A DNA stretch of 63,662 nucleotides, the filler included, from Stramenopiles sp. TOSAG23-6 (Eukaryota), in assembly GCA_900128565.1 (NCBI GenBank). It is 7 parts of 7 records of this genome, joined end to end, with 100 filler letters (N's around TTAATTAATTAA, not from the genome) between each part and the next. Parts side by side here need not be neighbours in the genome. Positions count along the whole stretch, not along the records: positions 60,753 to 62,157 come from LT639102.1; positions 62,258 to 63,662 come from LT639103.1; 5 more parts are not named here. One strand, written 5' to 3'. Positions 60,753 to 63,662 of the stretch are shown piece after piece. The translations under genes were made by a program, and so were the position numbers. Numbering within the stretch: the stretch's first letter is position 1; every line of letters begins with the position of its first letter. Below the pieces are notes generated by a model. The model made no database searches and had not been told where the DNA came from. It was given only the letters and a program-made list of their open reading frames with translations.

Positions 60753-62069
60753 ATTTCAAATTTTGTTACAAAAAACGATGATGGAAAACAAATTTCAAAT
60801 TTTGTTACAAAAAACGATGATGGAAAACAAATTTCAAATTTTGTTACAAAAAACGATGATGGAAAACAAATTTCAAATTTTGTTATAAAAAACGATGATG
60901 GAAAACAAATTTTTTTTTCTGATAGTGAACAAAATGACATATGTAACAAAAGTCATGAAAAAAGTCATGAAAACAGTATTATTGAAATAAAGAATGATTC
61001 AAGTCACCAACAAAATCAAAATCAAAAAAATCAAAAATATCAAAAAAATCAAAAAAATATCGCAATTGAAGGTGAGTTAATCCTCATGAACACGAAATCT
61101 TCATTTTCTCAAACACAAAAATCACGAAAATCACGTTTTTCAATTCAATCTTCTTTATTTTCTTTACCATTATATGCAACTTCAAGTTGTGGTAGTTTAT
61201 TTTCAGATTCAAATCGAAGTTCAATATATTCAAAAAAACGTAGAAAAAGTAGAAAAAGTAATATTTCAAATAACCCTAACCCTAGTAGTCTTGATCAAAA
61301 AATTGTATGGTGTTCATTACACCGAAGATTATTAAAATGTTATGCCCAAAAAAATGATACAAATCCAGAAATAGTGATTTATGTCGGTGCATATTTTGTA
61401 AGTAAATGTATGTTTTATTTTTTTTTTTCAATTTTCAATTTATTTTTTTTTGAAAATTTTGTACCTAACAAATTTAATTTTTTTTTTTTTTTTNAAATAT
61501 TTTTCCAAAATACATATAATAATTCAAATAATTCAAATCATTCAAATCATTCAATACAAAAGAATAACCCTAACCCTACTCTGAATTTCGGATTTAGTTT
61601 ATTCCCAAAAAACGTCCCAAACACGAAAAAAGGAGAAATAAATCAAGCTTCGTATCAATTTCGACTCTCCGATGAAAAAATGTGTCAAAAATGGATATTT
61701 GCATTACGTAGTGCAGGTGTTGGTCATGGTAAACAATTTGATACAGAATATGTATTATTAGAATTATTAGGTGAAGGAGCTGAAGCCATTATTTATACAT
61801 GTCAATTACGAGACAGGTTTGTTCCAAAAAATCAAAAGAATTCAATTCGAGCTGTTCGAATTATTGATAAACGCAGAATGACGTCATTAAAACTTGCCAA
61901 TGTTCTTTCTGAAATGGATATTGCAAAAGAAGTGAAACATAAATATATCGCACAATGTTATGATATTTTTGAATCAAGAAATTATATTCATTTGGTATTA
62001 GAATTTGTTAAAGGGAAAACATTATTGTATCAAATGATGAAAAAAAGAAAAAACAAAACACTTTTTCAT
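60753..62069 (+). CDS. PH-domain + CAMK-like protein kinase, internal fragment (in-frame intron 61408-61515 GT-AT; next intron from 62070)
   Basis: Frame open from contig start (39-bp repeats); PH helix QKWIFALR; LGEGAEAII, HKYIAQCYDIFES..IHLVLEFVKG. Confidence 0.8.
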
Positions 62070-62073
62070 GTAT

Positions 62074-62119
<46 letters not shown>

Positions 62120-62157
62120 GAAATTTTTTTTCCAAAAAATTTTTTTTTTTTTTTTTT

Positions 62158-62257
62158 NNNNNNNNNNNNNNNNNNNNNNNNNNNNNNNNNNNNNNNNNNN
62201 NTTAATTAATTAANNNNNNNNNNNNNNNNNNNNNNNNNNNNNNNNNNNNNNNNNNNN
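62158..62257. other. Artificial contig spacer
   Basis: N-run with TTAATTAATTAA. Confidence 0.98.
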
Positions 62258-62749
62258 CTAAAGTCAAAGAAATTAAAAAAGAAAGAATGTCTCAAGTACA
62301 TATACTAGCTATACCAGAACAACACGAATTGGCGCATAATGCACATATAGCTACTAAAATAGTTGCTGGTGCTTCAAAAGTAGTACTAAATGGATTAATA
62401 AAATCAGGGAAATTGTTGTTACATATGAGGCAAAAACATAGAGTTGCAAATCATGCCAGAAATTCGTGGAAAAATAATAAACTGGGAGAAACAAAATGCA
62501 TTAAATAAAGCTAATAAGGAAGCAATTATACATGCAAAGAATATTCACAAATGTTTGAAAAAAGTAAATAATACTAGAAAAGTACTTTTGGATGCAAAAT
62601 TTATAGAAAATGATGATGACGTAGCAGCTAAACAAAAAAAATATGAAAGAGCAAAGCAAGATTCTGAAAAAGCTTTAAATGATGCAGCAAATGTATCCGC
62701 AGATATTGAAGTTGACAAACTAACACATGCATATACCGTGCTAAAATAA
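62258..62749 (+). CDS. Helical hypothetical protein, 3' fragment with an apparent frameshift near 62490
   Basis: Overlapping ORFs 62287..62508 and 62444..62749 of similar composition. Confidence 0.4.
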
Positions 62750-62942
62750 TTTTAAATTGACAATTAATTAAATTTGAAATTCGATTTTTTTCGGAAATTT
62801 CAAATATTTTCGATAATTTTTTTTCAAGATTTTTAGATTCAAAATAAAACTCCTCACTCTCCACAAAAGTTTTTTTTCGCAATGGTGCATTATTAAAAGG
62901 CTTTTTGTAGATTAATAGGTTTGTATATGTTGAACTTAATCA

Positions 62943-63609
62943 ATGGATACTGCAGAGAAATATTCTTCCTCGCTGGAAATCCTTTGTGAAGCATTTGAAA
63001 GTATCGACTGTGAAGTGGTAGCAAAAGTATTAGAGGCTTGTAATGGAGACCTTGAAAGTTCCGCAAAGAAACTTAACAGTGTTTTAGAATTAGGAGGCAA
63101 TGATAAAGATTTGCCATTTAGCTCACTGGTCACTTCACTGGCATCAGAGTCTACAAAACAAACAACTCCAATGGCTCAGAACAATATCTCTTTTAAACAA
63201 AACCAAATTGATCAAAGTGAACGTAATATTTTTCCAAACGTTTGTGAGGGGTTCAATCATAGTCGGCCTCCGCCGCCACCTCCAGCAACTCCACCTTTTA
63301 CAACAACTACTACTGTTCCAGTTAAAATGCCTACACGAACTTCATCTGCTCCAGAGTCGGTCACAATAAATCGAATGACAGTTGAAAGTGATTTAAAGAC
63401 AACTAAAGCAACTAATGGAATAAATAATGCTCCAACTAAAGATACTGATTCAGAGCAAGCTTTGTGGGCTCACGTATATCAATTACAAAAAGCAGCTAAA
63501 TTTGAAAAGGAGAGACAATGTGGAATAGTTCTGCGGCAACAACGTGAACAAAGAAAGAAAGAAAAGATATTGAAACAAAGTCGTTGGATTGGTGCCCGTG
63601 CAACAGCAT
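62943..63609 (+). CDS. CUE-domain protein, first exon (truncated by window end)
   Basis: LCEAFESIDCEVVAKVLEACNGDLESSAKKL resembles CUE; open frame runs to an intron-like sequence at 63610. Confidence 0.6.
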
Positions 63610-63662
63610 ATACGTTTTTCATCATGAATTTCAAATTTATTTTTTTTTTAAATTTTGTACCT

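Noticed and set aside
62444-62508. Programmed frameshift
   Set aside because: No clear slippery site or structure; a single-base error or pseudogene is simpler
1-63662. Alternative genetic code or stop-codon readthrough to explain broken ORFs
   Set aside because: TAA, TAG and TGA all terminate conserved genes, and breaks coincide with intron-motif segments

Overview
AT-rich eukaryotic (protist; profilin looks stramenopile/SAR-like, low certainty) nuclear DNA made of seven unrelated contigs or contig pieces. They are joined by artificial 100-nt N spacers carrying TTAATTAATTAA (12061-12160, 24216-24315, 36371-36470, 48522-48621, 60653-60752, 62158-62257), so neighbourhood across spacers is meaningless. 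Recognisable genes: C2-domain protein, mitochondrial-type TatB, profilin, LSM14, a kinase, prolyl 4-hydroxylase, FTHFS, cytochrome-b5 desaturase, APEH, DUS, HPRT, an HMG-box protein, EXO1, an FG nucleoporin, RPC3, a BspA LRR protein, an MFS transporter, a tweety-like protein and tRNA-Lys. Main discovery: most spliceosomal-looking introns do NOT end in AG. By hand-joining reading frames and conserved motifs I delimited about 34 complete introns (85-219 nt): about 26 end in AT, 6 in AG, 1 in AA and 1 in GT. They share a GTAYGT donor (plus GA, GC and possibly AT variants), a palindromic core fused to an extended branch-like motif (RTACGAAATTTYGTACCTAAC) and a 3' box (TTTT-CACAATACAT or CCAAAATACAT). 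The upstream exon usually also ends in AT. This points to an AG-independent 3' splice-site system and/or an introner family. Contig 48622-60652 is a giant perfect inverted repeat, most likely an amplification (fold-back) chimera. All boundaries are inferred without RNA data.
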